Positions 18,513 through 27,977 of a DNA stretch of 63,054 bases are shown here, in pieces. The DNA comes from Arthrobacter sp. (GTDB lineage Bacteria > Actinomycetota > Actinomycetes > Actinomycetales > Micrococcaceae): assembly GCA_035571895.1 (NCBI GenBank), contig DATNBS010000201.1, positions 1-63,054 on the forward strand, in the 5' to 3' direction. The stretch's first letter is position 1. Each line of letters begins with the position of its first letter. The notes below the pieces were generated by a model. It saw nothing but the letters and a program-made list of their open reading frames with translations. It made no database searches and was not told where the DNA came from. The translations under genes and the position numbers were made by a program.

Positions 18513-18553
18513 GAAGGCCCCTGGCCAGGTGGATCACCTGGCCAGGGGCCTTC
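18513..18553. terminator. hairpin terminator between pspA and tRNA
   Basis: 19-bp perfect stem. Confidence 0.75.
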
Positions 18554-18556
18554 ATG

Positions 18557-18633
<77 letters not shown>

Positions 18634-18695
18634 TCGCGAGATATGACTCTACACGAAAGAGCGGGGCACCCAAAATCGTCACCGCACGCCCGGGA

Positions 18696-19832
18696 CTACT
18701 TCTCCGCGATCATGCGCCCGATGATCAACCTCATGATCTCGTTGCTGCCCTCCAGGATCTGGTGCACACGTAGGTCGCGGGCGATTTTTTCCAGGCCGTA
18801 CTCGCTGAGGTAGCCGTAGCCGCCGTGGAGCTGGATGGCGGCATTGGCGGTCTCGAACCCCGCATCGGTCGCGACCCGCTTGGCCATGGCGCACAGCTTG
18901 AGGGCGTCGACGGACCCCTCGTCCAATGCCGCCGCGGCCCGCCACAGCAGGGTCCGCGCGGTGACCAGCTTCGTCTCCATGTCCGCGAGCTCGAACAGCA
19001 GGGCCTGCTGGTTGATCAGCGCGCCGCCGAAGGCGTGGCGTTCCTTCAGGTACGCCGCGGACTTGTCCAGGGCGGCTTGGCCTCCGCCCAGCGAGCAGGC
19101 CCCGATGTTCAGCCGTCCGCCGTTGAGCCCCTTCATGGCGATCGCGAACCCGTCCCCTTCCCCGCCCAGGCGGTTGCCCACGGGCACCCTGGCGTTGTTG
19201 AAGATGACCTGGCGCGTGGGTTGCGCGTTCCAGCCCATCTTCTTCTCCAGGGCGCCGAACTCCAGCCCCTCGGTACCGGCGGGGACGATGATGGCGGAAA
19301 TGCCGCGGCTGCCAGTCTCGGCCGTGCGAGCCATGACGAGGTAGTAGCCGGCGGCCCCGGCCCCGGAGATGAACTGCTTGACGCCGTTGAGGACGTAGTC
19401 GTCTCCCTCTCGGACGGCACGGGTGGTCAGCGCCGCCGCGTCCGAGCCTGCGCCCGGCTCCGTGAGGCAGTAGCTGCCCAGCTTCTCCATCGTGGCCATG
19501 TCGGAAATCCACTGCGCACGCTGGCGGTCATCACCGAAGGTATCGATCATCCAGACGACCATGTTGTGGATGGAAATGTAGGCGGCAATGGTTGGACAGG
19601 CGCGGGCCAGTTCCTCGAAGATCAGGACCGCGTCGCTGCGGGTCAGCCCGGAGCCGCCGTACTCCTCGCGGGCATAGATGCCGCCCATGCCCAGATCCCC
19701 CGCCTGACGCAGGACGTCCACGGGGAAGTGGTGTTCCTGATCCCAGCGCTCTGCGTGCGGGGCGATCTGTTCCGTCGCGAATTCCCGGACCATTTCGAGC
19801 ATGGCCTGCTGCTCGTCATTGAGCTCGAACAT
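18696..19832 (-). CDS. acyl-CoA dehydrogenase (isobutyryl-CoA dehydrogenase-like)
   Basis: SIHNM, YCLTEPGAGSDA, NGGRLNI, QLHGGYGY, HQILEGSNE. Confidence 0.92.
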   Translation of the reverse strand: MFELNDEQQAMLEMVREFATEQIAPHAERWDQEHHFPVDVLRQAGDLGMGGIYAREEYGGSGLTRSDAVLIFEELARACPTIAAYISIHNMVVWMIDTFGDDRQRAQWISDMATMEKLGSYCLTEPGAGSDAAALTTRAVREGDDYVLNGVKQFISGAGAAGYYLVMARTAETGSRGISAIIVPAGTEGLEFGALEKKMGWNAQPTRQVIFNNARVPVGNRLGGEGDGFAIAMKGLNGGRLNIGACSLGGGQAALDKSAAYLKERHAFGGALINQQALLFELADMETKLVTARTLLWRAAAALDEGSVDALKLCAMAKRVATDAGFETANAAIQLHGGYGYLSEYGLEKIARDLRVHQILEGSNEIMRLIIGRMIAEK

Positions 19833-19890
19833 CGTTATCCTTTCGGCCCGTGGGCCTTGACGGTCCCGTCGCCAACGGACGGGAGGAACC

Positions 19891-20823
19891 TCAGCGGCTC
19901 ACCTTGCCCATGAGCGAGGCGACCGGTCCGATGAAGATGGGGCGCGCCAGGAACGCGGCCCCGACCATGACGACGACCGAGATGGCAAAGAGGATGAACC
20001 CCATCCAGCCATGCCCGTCCTGGGCGGCATACATGTGGTTCAGATTCCGAAGGGCACCGGTTGCGAGCACCAGCGTCACATGCACGATCACAAACAAGAC
20101 GAAGTAGAGCATCACCGGGAAATGCACGGCACGAGCCGCCTCGATCGGGTAGAAGCGGTTCAGCTTCTGTGCCTTTGCCGGCCAGATCGAGGACATCCGC
20201 AACCCCGTGATGATGGCCAGTGGTGCCGCGATGAACACGGTCAGGAAGTAGGTCAGCAACTGCAGGCTGTTGTAGTTGACCCACCCGTTCTCCAGCGGCC
20301 AGTTCAGCGAGGCATATTGCAGGCCGGCCGAGAGCGCGTTCGGGAGGACATCCCAGCTGGTGGGCACGATGCGCCGCCACTGTCCGGTGGAAAAGAGCAG
20401 GATGATGAAGACGATGCCATTGAGCACCCACAGCACATCCAGGCTCTGGTGCAGCCATAGGTCCAGGCTGATGCGTTTCGGGGCCTTCTTCGTCTTGAAC
20501 AGACCCTTGTTCTTCCGCACCCAGTGCGCCGCAGGCCGCTGGACGGTCCGCACCTTCCACCCGGTCTGGATGATCAGGACGATGAAGAAGGCATTGAGGA
20601 AGTGCTGCCAGCCAAGCCACGCGGGCAGGCCAACGGGGGCGGTCGCGGGCAGCGCCACACGCCCGGGGTAATCCGACAGGAACCGCGCCCCTGCCTCGGT
20701 GCCCGTGTACCAGCGGGCGCCGAGGACAACCAGGGCCAGGACCACGACGGCCCCCGCCGCATACAGGCCCAGGCGCAGCCAGGGCCAGGGGGTCGGTCCG
20801 GATGGGGTGCGCTCCTGCTTCAC
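19891..20823 (-). CDS. cytochrome b/b6 (Ni-hydrogenase Cyt b-like) domain membrane protein
   Basis: multiple TM helices with His residues (WQHF, LWLH, AVHF, IVHV); YNSLQ and ITGL motifs. Confidence 0.75.
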   Translation of the reverse strand: MKQERTPSGPTPWPWLRLGLYAAGAVVVLALVVLGARWYTGTEAGARFLSDYPGRVALPATAPVGLPAWLGWQHFLNAFFIVLIIQTGWKVRTVQRPAAHWVRKNKGLFKTKKAPKRISLDLWLHQSLDVLWVLNGIVFIILLFSTGQWRRIVPTSWDVLPNALSAGLQYASLNWPLENGWVNYNSLQLLTYFLTVFIAAPLAIITGLRMSSIWPAKAQKLNRFYPIEAARAVHFPVMLYFVLFVIVHVTLVLATGALRNLNHMYAAQDGHGWMGFILFAISVVVMVGAAFLARPIFIGPVASLMGKVSR

Positions 20824-20921
20824 CGATGGTCCTCTCGTGCGGGGATGCTGCTGACGATAATACTAGGCCATGCAAGTATTTAGTAGGACGCCAAAGCGTT
20901 GTTCGCGGTATCTGCACATGC

Positions 20922-20961
20922 GAAGGGCCCCGGCCGATGTTTCCATCGGCCGGGGCCCTTC
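20922..20961 (-). terminator. terminator hairpin downstream of tRNA-fMet
   Basis: 18-bp perfect stem. Confidence 0.75.
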
Positions 20962-20966
20962 CGTCG

Positions 20967-21040
<74 letters not shown>

Positions 21041-21178
21041 TCGTAGTACAAGCTTCTCACCTTCGAGGCCGAACCCCAAATCGAAGGGCGGCGGTGTCAC
21101 GCAGATCACTGCATGCCACCGCCGCCGCCCATCGCCCTGGACGACGGGTTCCGGTGCGAGGCCGGGAACCTTTCGCCC

Positions 21179-24100
21179 CTAGCCGCCGGAACCGCTGGCG
21201 GGAGCCGATTCCTCTTGGTCGGGCGCCTGGCTTTCGGGCGCCTGCCCGCCCTGGCCCGCATCGCCGGAGATCTCGCCTTCGGCGCTCAGGGCCTTGTCCA
21301 GGGCATCGCTGAGCTTCTTCTGCTCGTTGCCGTAGGCGGCGAAGTCTCCCTTGGCGAGAGCTTCCTGCCCGGCCTTGATGGCCGCGTCCGCTGCCGCGAG
21401 CGCCTCCTTGAGCTGCTGCTCGGCGCTGGCAGGGGCGGTGTCGGAGGGCTTGCCACCGGCGTTGCCCCCGGACTTGTTGCCGTCGCCCTCGTTGGTGACC
21501 GCGCCCGACGAGCCGTCGAAGAGCTGGTCAAGTGCCTCGGACAAGGTGTCGGCGAACCCGACCTTGTCGCCGAAGGACACGAGCACCTTGCGCAGCGTCG
21601 GGTAGGACGTTTCGCCGGTGGACTGGACGTAGACCGGCTGGACGTACAGGATGCCGCCGCCAACGGGCAGGGAGAGCAGGTTTCCGTTGAGCACCTCGGA
21701 GGCGCCCTGGCGCAGCAGGTTGAGCTGGGTGGAAACCGTCGTGTTGGAGTCGAAGTTCTGCTGGGCCTGGCCGGGCCCGGGAACCACGGTGTTGCGCGGC
21801 AACTCCAGCAACCGCAAGGTGCCGTAGCCCTCGGCCTTCTCCCCGGCCTTGTCGCCGGCGTCGGCTTCGGCGGAGAGGAACCCATAGAGCACGTTGCGCT
21901 GGGCGCTGCCCGCATTGGTCGCGGGGATGAACGTGCTGGTCAACGAGAACGTTTCCGATTCCTGCTTCGGCATGCGCAGCGAGAGGTAGTACGGCGGCTG
22001 CGGTACCTGCTTGTCGGACTGGGTTGGGTCGTTGGGGACGACCCAGGCGTCGTTTGACTCGTAGAAGTCGTCCGGGTCGGTCACGTGGTACTCCCCCAGC
22101 AGGGTCCGCTGCACCTTGAACAGGTCCTCGGGGTAGCGCACGTGGCTCATCAGCTCGCCCGAGATCTCCGAGATCGGCTTCACCGTGCTCGGGAAGACCT
22201 TCTGCCAGGCCTGCAGCAGCGGCTCGTCGGGCTCCCAGGCGTACAGGTCGACGGAACCGTCGTAGGCGTCCACCGTGGCCTTGACCGAGTTGCGGATGTA
22301 GTTCACCTTCCCGGACAGCGCATTCGTGCGGTTCGCCCCGGTGAGCGAATCGCGCACCGCGGTGTCGAGCTGCTGCTCGGTCGAATACGGGAAGGAGCTG
22401 TTGGTGGTGTATGCGTCCACGATCCACTTCACGCGGCCGTCAATGATCGCCGGATAGGCGTTCGAGTCCACGGTCAGGTAGGGGGCGACCTTCTGGACGC
22501 GCTCCTTGGGGCCGCGGTCGTAGAGGATCTGGGATTCGCTGTTGATCGCATCCGAGAGCAACAGGTCCGTGGAGCTGAACTTCAGGGAGTAGACCAGGCG
22601 GTTGAAGAAGCTGCCGACATTCGGGCCGCCGTCGCCTTGGAAAGTGGTCTTGGCATCGCCTTCGCCGGACTGCCCCGAGGGGCGGTCAAGCTCGCGGGGC
22701 GCCCAGTCGTCGGGGCCGCCGACGATGGAGTACTGCGGGGAGAATTCCCCGAAGTAGATGCGCGGCTCGTAGGTGGAGTCGTTGCCCAGCACCCCCTCGC
22801 TGGGGATGCCCGAAAGCATGAAGTCGGGACGTCCACCGGCACCGACCTTGGCGCCGTAGGCGGCCACGACCCCGTATCCGTGGGTGTAGGTCACATGCTG
22901 GTTGACCCAGCTGTCGGTCGGGTCAACGTTCAGTTCGCGCACGGCAATGACGGTGTCCTCCGTCTTGCCGTCGACGTCGTAGCGGTCGACGTTCAGCGTC
23001 GGCGCGAACCGGTAGTAGGTGCGGAACTGCTGCAGCTGGGCGAACGCGTCGGAGACGAGGTTCGGATCCAGCAGGCGGATGTTCGTGGTGGTCGCCTTGT
23101 CCTTGGCCAACGCGTTCTTGGCCGTGTTCACGGTGGCGTTGTAGGGGCTGGACTGCACGCCATCGAGTCCGTAGGCCTTGCGGGTCATCTCGATGTTGCG
23201 CTGGATGTACGGCTGCTCGAGGGTCTTCTCCGAGGGGACGACCTTGAACTGCTGGACCAGCATGGGGTAGATGCCGCCGGCGACCAGCGCCGTGACGACG
23301 AGGACCGCCGTGCCGACGAGCGGGAGCTTCCAGCGGCCCATGATGGCGCCGACGACGAAGAGCACGGCGACGATGATCGCGGCGACCACCAGGATGGTCT
23401 TGGTGGGGATGACCGCATGGACGTCGGTGTAGAGGGCGCCGGCCACGCGGCCCCCCTGGTCCTCCAACGTGCTGTAGCGGTCCAGCCAGAAATTCGCGCC
23501 CTGCAACAACAGGAACAGCGCGGCGGCAATGCTCACATGCAGGCGTGCGGCGCGGGAAATGCTCACCCCGCCGCGTTCCTGGATCCGGATGCCGCCGTAG
23601 AGGTAGTGGGTCAGCAAGCCGGCGATGCCCGCGATCAGCACGACGCTGATGAGGAACCCGACGATCAGCCCGTAGAACGGCAGCGAGTTCATGTAGAACG
23701 AGAGGTCCTTGTGGAACTGCGGATCGACCTCGCCGAAGGGCACCTGGTGGATGAAAAGGAGGATGGTCTGCCACTGCGAGGCGATCGCCGTGGCGGCAAA
23801 GGCACCGATGACCAGCGGGATGCCCCACATGAGGAGCCGGCGGATGGGCTCCAGCTGAGCTTGGTAACGCGAGATGCTGTCGGGCATCTGCAGGTCCGGG
23901 GCATAGACCGGACGGCTCTTGAAAGCCACCTGGAGGCTCGCCCAGATCGCACCGGCCATCACCAGGAATGCCACGACGAAGACGGCGACCTTGGTGAGCA
24001 TCTCGGTCCAGAACACCTCGCCAAAGCCCACCTGGTTGAACCAGAGGACATCGGCGTAGATGTTGGCGAAGAAGATGAATGCCGCCACCAGGATGCCGAT

Positions 24101-24226
24101 CACCACGATCGTCGGCACCAGGGGCGAGGACTTCCTGGCCGGGGTGGGACGCCGCTGGCCGCCGCCGTCGTCGCCTCCGGGTCCCTGGGGACGCCGGCCG
24201 AACGGGTTGTCAGGACCGAAACTCAC
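21179..24226 (-). CDS. UPF0182 family membrane protein
   Basis: 1015 aa, N-terminal TMs, YTDVHA, YTHGYG, NYIRNSVKATVDAYDG, RYPEDLF. Confidence 0.93.
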   Translation of the reverse strand: MSFGPDNPFGRRPQGPGGDDGGGQRRPTPARKSSPLVPTIVVIGILVAAFIFFANIYADVLWFNQVGFGEVFWTEMLTKVAVFVVAFLVMAGAIWASLQVAFKSRPVYAPDLQMPDSISRYQAQLEPIRRLLMWGIPLVIGAFAATAIASQWQTILLFIHQVPFGEVDPQFHKDLSFYMNSLPFYGLIVGFLISVVLIAGIAGLLTHYLYGGIRIQERGGVSISRAARLHVSIAAALFLLLQGANFWLDRYSTLEDQGGRVAGALYTDVHAVIPTKTILVVAAIIVAVLFVVGAIMGRWKLPLVGTAVLVVTALVAGGIYPMLVQQFKVVPSEKTLEQPYIQRNIEMTRKAYGLDGVQSSPYNATVNTAKNALAKDKATTTNIRLLDPNLVSDAFAQLQQFRTYYRFAPTLNVDRYDVDGKTEDTVIAVRELNVDPTDSWVNQHVTYTHGYGVVAAYGAKVGAGGRPDFMLSGIPSEGVLGNDSTYEPRIYFGEFSPQYSIVGGPDDWAPRELDRPSGQSGEGDAKTTFQGDGGPNVGSFFNRLVYSLKFSSTDLLLSDAINSESQILYDRGPKERVQKVAPYLTVDSNAYPAIIDGRVKWIVDAYTTNSSFPYSTEQQLDTAVRDSLTGANRTNALSGKVNYIRNSVKATVDAYDGSVDLYAWEPDEPLLQAWQKVFPSTVKPISEISGELMSHVRYPEDLFKVQRTLLGEYHVTDPDDFYESNDAWVVPNDPTQSDKQVPQPPYYLSLRMPKQESETFSLTSTFIPATNAGSAQRNVLYGFLSAEADAGDKAGEKAEGYGTLRLLELPRNTVVPGPGQAQQNFDSNTTVSTQLNLLRQGASEVLNGNLLSLPVGGGILYVQPVYVQSTGETSYPTLRKVLVSFGDKVGFADTLSEALDQLFDGSSGAVTNEGDGNKSGGNAGGKPSDTAPASAEQQLKEALAAADAAIKAGQEALAKGDFAAYGNEQKKLSDALDKALSAEGEISGDAGQGGQAPESQAPDQEESAPASGSGG

Positions 24227-24363
24227 TTATTGAACCTCATCGTCGGAACGAGCTACTGCGCGCCCCGCATCGGACAGGGGGTGCACGAAACCATTCTGCC
24301 TTGCGCGAGGTCAAGTCGCGAATGCCCGCGCCGCGGTCGGGGCGGCGGTGGCGGCGTTGCCGG

Positions 24364-25476
24364 TCAGCCGCAGCTGGGAAGGGACGCGGGGTCGGCACCT
24401 TCTCCAATGGCTTCGACCGCGTCCCGTGCCTGCTCCAAGGTCGAGACCTTGACGACGTTGAGTCCGTCGGGGACGCGGCCGACGACGTCGGCGCAGTTGT
24501 CGGCGGGGGCCAGAAAGTAGTCGGCGCCGGCGGTGCGCGCCCCGACAAGCTTCTGCGCGATCCCGCCGATCGGGCCCACCGTTCCATCGGCTTCGATGGT
24601 CCCCGTCCCGGCGAACTGCTTGCCCCCGGTCATGTCCCCCGGCGTCAGCGTGTCGATGATGCCCAGCGCGAACATCATCCCCGCGCTGGGCCCGCCGACA
24701 TTCGACAGCCCGAACGTCACCTCGAGGGGGAACGTGTAGCGGGTATCGAGGTAGACGCCCAGCTGGCGTTGGCCCTCCCCCGAGAGCGTGGCCCGGGCGT
24801 CCACGCGCACGTCCCTTCCGCCGCGGACCACCGTCAGTTCGGGGGTGCCGTCGCCGCCCTGGAGGGCTTTTTTGAGCATGTCCAGGTCGGTGATCGGCTT
24901 GCCGTCGATGGCCTTGAGCACGTCGTCGGTGCGCAATTTCCCCTTGTTCGCGTCCGTGGCCAGCCCGGCCACGCTGAGCTGCTGGCTGAAGGGGATCTCC
25001 AGGCTGGTGAGGGCGGCCGCGACGGCGTTTTGCTGCGAATTGTCCATTTCCGCCGCGTTCCGGTCGCTGATCTGCTCGTCCGTGGCACCCCGGGGGTACA
25101 TGGTCTCCTCCGGATAGACATCCTGCCGGGGATCCGCCCAGGCCTGGATCACCCTGAAGAAGGAGATGCGGCTTTCCGCCCCGCCGATGACGTAGACCGT
25201 GGTCATGTCCAGGGACCCGTCCGCGGGGTACGTCTTCCGTCCGCTGACCTCGATGACATCCCGGTCCTTGACCTTCCCCAGGGTGTTCACGGCGGGGCCG
25301 GGCGCTTCCACGATGTAGGGAGTGGGCAGGGCCAGCGCGATGAACCCGATGACGACGGCGATGCAGGTCGCCGTGATCAGGCGACGCTGGGATTTCCTGG
25401 ATCTGGCGGGTGGGAGGGTGTGTCCAGCCGCCGGTTCTGGGCCGAGGGGCTCCTGGGGGTGCTGCGGTTCGGTCAC
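24364..25476 (-). CDS. PDZ + Lon-type (S16) protease, YlbL family
   Basis: GGPSAGMMFALG, GTGTI, GPIGGIAQK. Confidence 0.9.
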   Translation of the reverse strand: MTEPQHPQEPLGPEPAAGHTLPPARSRKSQRRLITATCIAVVIGFIALALPTPYIVEAPGPAVNTLGKVKDRDVIEVSGRKTYPADGSLDMTTVYVIGGAESRISFFRVIQAWADPRQDVYPEETMYPRGATDEQISDRNAAEMDNSQQNAVAAALTSLEIPFSQQLSVAGLATDANKGKLRTDDVLKAIDGKPITDLDMLKKALQGGDGTPELTVVRGGRDVRVDARATLSGEGQRQLGVYLDTRYTFPLEVTFGLSNVGGPSAGMMFALGIIDTLTPGDMTGGKQFAGTGTIEADGTVGPIGGIAQKLVGARTAGADYFLAPADNCADVVGRVPDGLNVVKVSTLEQARDAVEAIGEGADPASLPSCG

Positions 25477-25634
25477 CGTCGCTGTTTTTCCTTTCCGGGC
25501 GTTGCCCGCCCCGGGGCCGGCGCGCATTCGATCTCCCCCAGAGTACAAGGTGGCCGGCGATGCCCGCTGTGCCGACAGCGAACCCGGTAGGGCAGCCATA
25601 GGGGCGGCATGCGGTGCGGGGGTACCGTGGAGCC

Positions 25635-27095
25635 ATGGCAGAGAACCCCCCGAACAACCGACCCGACGGCCCCGAGGAACCGGACGATTCCGGTCCCCGG
25701 GACCCCTTTGCGGAGATGCTCTCGAACCTCTTCGGCGGCCAGCTGCCCGAGGGCCTGGATGCCGCCGACCTGCACCAGCAGCTCGGGGCCATGGGCATGC
25801 CCTCCGATCCCGCCGCCATGCAGGCGATGATGGGACAGATGCAGGCGATGATGGGTGCCATGGCCTCCGGTGACGGTAGCCCGGTCAACTGGAAGCTAGC
25901 CCAGGATTCGGCCCGCCAAGCGGCCTCGGGCGACGACCCGAGCGTTACCCCTGCCAGGGCTTCAGCGGTATCCGACGCCGGTCGGCTGGCCGACATGTGG
26001 CTCGATCAGGCCACCGCTTTCGAGGCCGCGGCCTCGGGATTCTCCTCGTATTCACGGGCCCAATGGGTCGAGAAGACCTTGCCCCGGTGGAAGAAGCTCA
26101 CCGAACCCGTGGCCATCAGCGTGTCGCAGGCGATCAGCACCGCCATGCGCGACCAGGTGCCGGAGGAGATGAAGGCCATGCTCGGTTCGGCGCAGGGCAT
26201 GTTCCAGAACCTCGGGGGTGCGATGTTCGGCATGCAGCTGGGGACCGCCGTCGGTGGCCTGGCCAAGGACGTGCTCGGCTCCACGGACATCGGCTTCCCC
26301 CTCACCACCGATGCCCCCGCCCTGGTCCCCACGAACGTGGCGGCGTTCGGCGAAGGGCTGGATATCCCGGAGCAGGAGATCCTGCTGTTCACGGCCCTGC
26401 GCGAGTCGGCCCACACGCGTTTGTTCCAGCGGGTCCCCTGGCTGCAGGCCCATGTCCTGGGGGCCATCGAGGATTATGCCCGCGGGATCCACATCGACAT
26501 GTCGCGCATCGAGGAGGCAGTACGCGACATCGATCCTTCCAACCCGGAGTCGTTGAAGGGTGCCGTGACCGAGGGGCTGTTCATGCCGCAGCGGACCGGT
26601 GCCCAGGAGGCGGCGCTGGTCAAGCTCGAGACTGCCCTGGCCCTGATCGAAGGATGGGTCGACGAGGTCGTCGCTGAAGCCGCCGCCAATCTCCCCTCGG
26701 CAGGCGCGCTGCGCGAGACGATCCGCCGCCGCCGAGCGACCGGCGGTCCGGCCGAGCAGGCCTTTGCCTCGCTGGTCGGCCTCGAGCTTCGACCGCGTCG
26801 CCTCCGCGATGCCGCCCGCCTGTGGGCTCTGCTCAAGGACGAACGGGGGGCGGAGGGCCGTGACGCCATCTGGCAGCACCCGGACCTGATGCCGGGCGCC
26901 GCGGACCTCGACGATCCGGAAGGGTTCTCCGCACGGCGTGCACTTGCCGAGGCAGCGGACGGTGAACTCGACGAGGCCCTGACCCGCCTGCTCGATGGCG
27001 GCTACGACTCCCCCGAGTCCGCTGAAGGCACCGACGGGCACGGCCCCGCCGGAGAGGGCCCCGACCCGGACGAGGGGCCGGCGTCGACCCGCTGA
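25635..27095 (+). CDS. zinc-dependent metalloprotease-like (zincin, DUF2342) protein
   Basis: LRESAH, LETALALIEGWVD, GLELRPRRLR. Confidence 0.88.
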   Translation: MAENPPNNRPDGPEEPDDSGPRDPFAEMLSNLFGGQLPEGLDAADLHQQLGAMGMPSDPAAMQAMMGQMQAMMGAMASGDGSPVNWKLAQDSARQAASGDDPSVTPARASAVSDAGRLADMWLDQATAFEAAASGFSSYSRAQWVEKTLPRWKKLTEPVAISVSQAISTAMRDQVPEEMKAMLGSAQGMFQNLGGAMFGMQLGTAVGGLAKDVLGSTDIGFPLTTDAPALVPTNVAAFGEGLDIPEQEILLFTALRESAHTRLFQRVPWLQAHVLGAIEDYARGIHIDMSRIEEAVRDIDPSNPESLKGAVTEGLFMPQRTGAQEAALVKLETALALIEGWVDEVVAEAAANLPSAGALRETIRRRRATGGPAEQAFASLVGLELRPRRLRDAARLWALLKDERGAEGRDAIWQHPDLMPGAADLDDPEGFSARRALAEAADGELDEALTRLLDGGYDSPESAEGTDGHGPAGEGPDPDEGPASTR

Positions 27096-27164
27096 CCACG
27101 GACGCGGACGCCCCCGCTGGGCGGCCCCCGCTGGGCGGGGGCGTCCGCCCGACGGCGCCTCCCC

Positions 27165-27839
27165 TCAGCAGGCCCAATCCCCGTCGCCGTCGTCCTGCCA
27201 CCACTCGCCACCCGGGATGCCGCCGGGCAGGGATGGCATCGCTCCAGCCGGGAACCGGGGATCGTGCAGGTCCCCGGCACCTTCCGGATGGGACATGCCG
27301 AAGCTGACACCGGCCAAGTAGGCCTTGGCCTCCGCCTTGCGGGGGTAACGGTCCTCGAGTGCCTTGAACTGCGGGCCGTGCCCGTCCTCTGCGATGAGGT
27401 GGGCGAGTTCGTGTACCAGGATGTAGTCCTGCACCCAGCCGGGCATCCGCTGCAGCCGGTGGTTCAGCCGGATGGTCCCGTCCCCCGGAGAGGCCGATCC
27501 CCACCTCGAGGTCTGGTTGGTCACCCAGCGCACGGACACCGGTTGCGCCCGCCCTCCGAAATGCTTCCGGTCGAGTTCGCCGGCGCGTCGCATCAGGTCG
27601 TCGTCGGCCCCGACGCCGTAGCGCTCCCGGGCACGCGCCCGACGGGCCAGGATGTCCGGCACCATGCGGTCAATCCACTCGTCCTCCTGGCGCAGACTCA
27701 GGCTGGCGGGGACCGAGATCACCGCGGCCCCGTCCTTCCAGACTCCCGAGACCGTCCGGCGCCGCCGGGTTGAGCGCAAGACCCGCACGGCGACCCCGTC
27801 GGGCGTGACCAGTCCGCGTTCCTTTGGTTGCTGGGGCAT
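27165..27839 (-). CDS. M48/YgjP (DUF45)-like metallopeptidase
   Basis: RWGS, YILVHELAHL, HGPQF. Confidence 0.88.
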   Translation of the reverse strand: MPQQPKERGLVTPDGVAVRVLRSTRRRRTVSGVWKDGAAVISVPASLSLRQEDEWIDRMVPDILARRARARERYGVGADDDLMRRAGELDRKHFGGRAQPVSVRWVTNQTSRWGSASPGDGTIRLNHRLQRMPGWVQDYILVHELAHLIAEDGHGPQFKALEDRYPRKAEAKAYLAGVSFGMSHPEGAGDLHDPRFPAGAMPSLPGGIPGGEWWQDDGDGDWAC

Positions 27840-27977
27840 GAATGGCCTCTCTCCTCTTCGTGCTGCCTACCCGTGGCCACTTGCCCACCGGCCCCTGTGG
27901 ATACCCAGGTTCCGGGGGGTGCGACCTGTCAGGATATCTCCACCGACACCCTTCCGGACCCATCACTGGAGGCGAAC

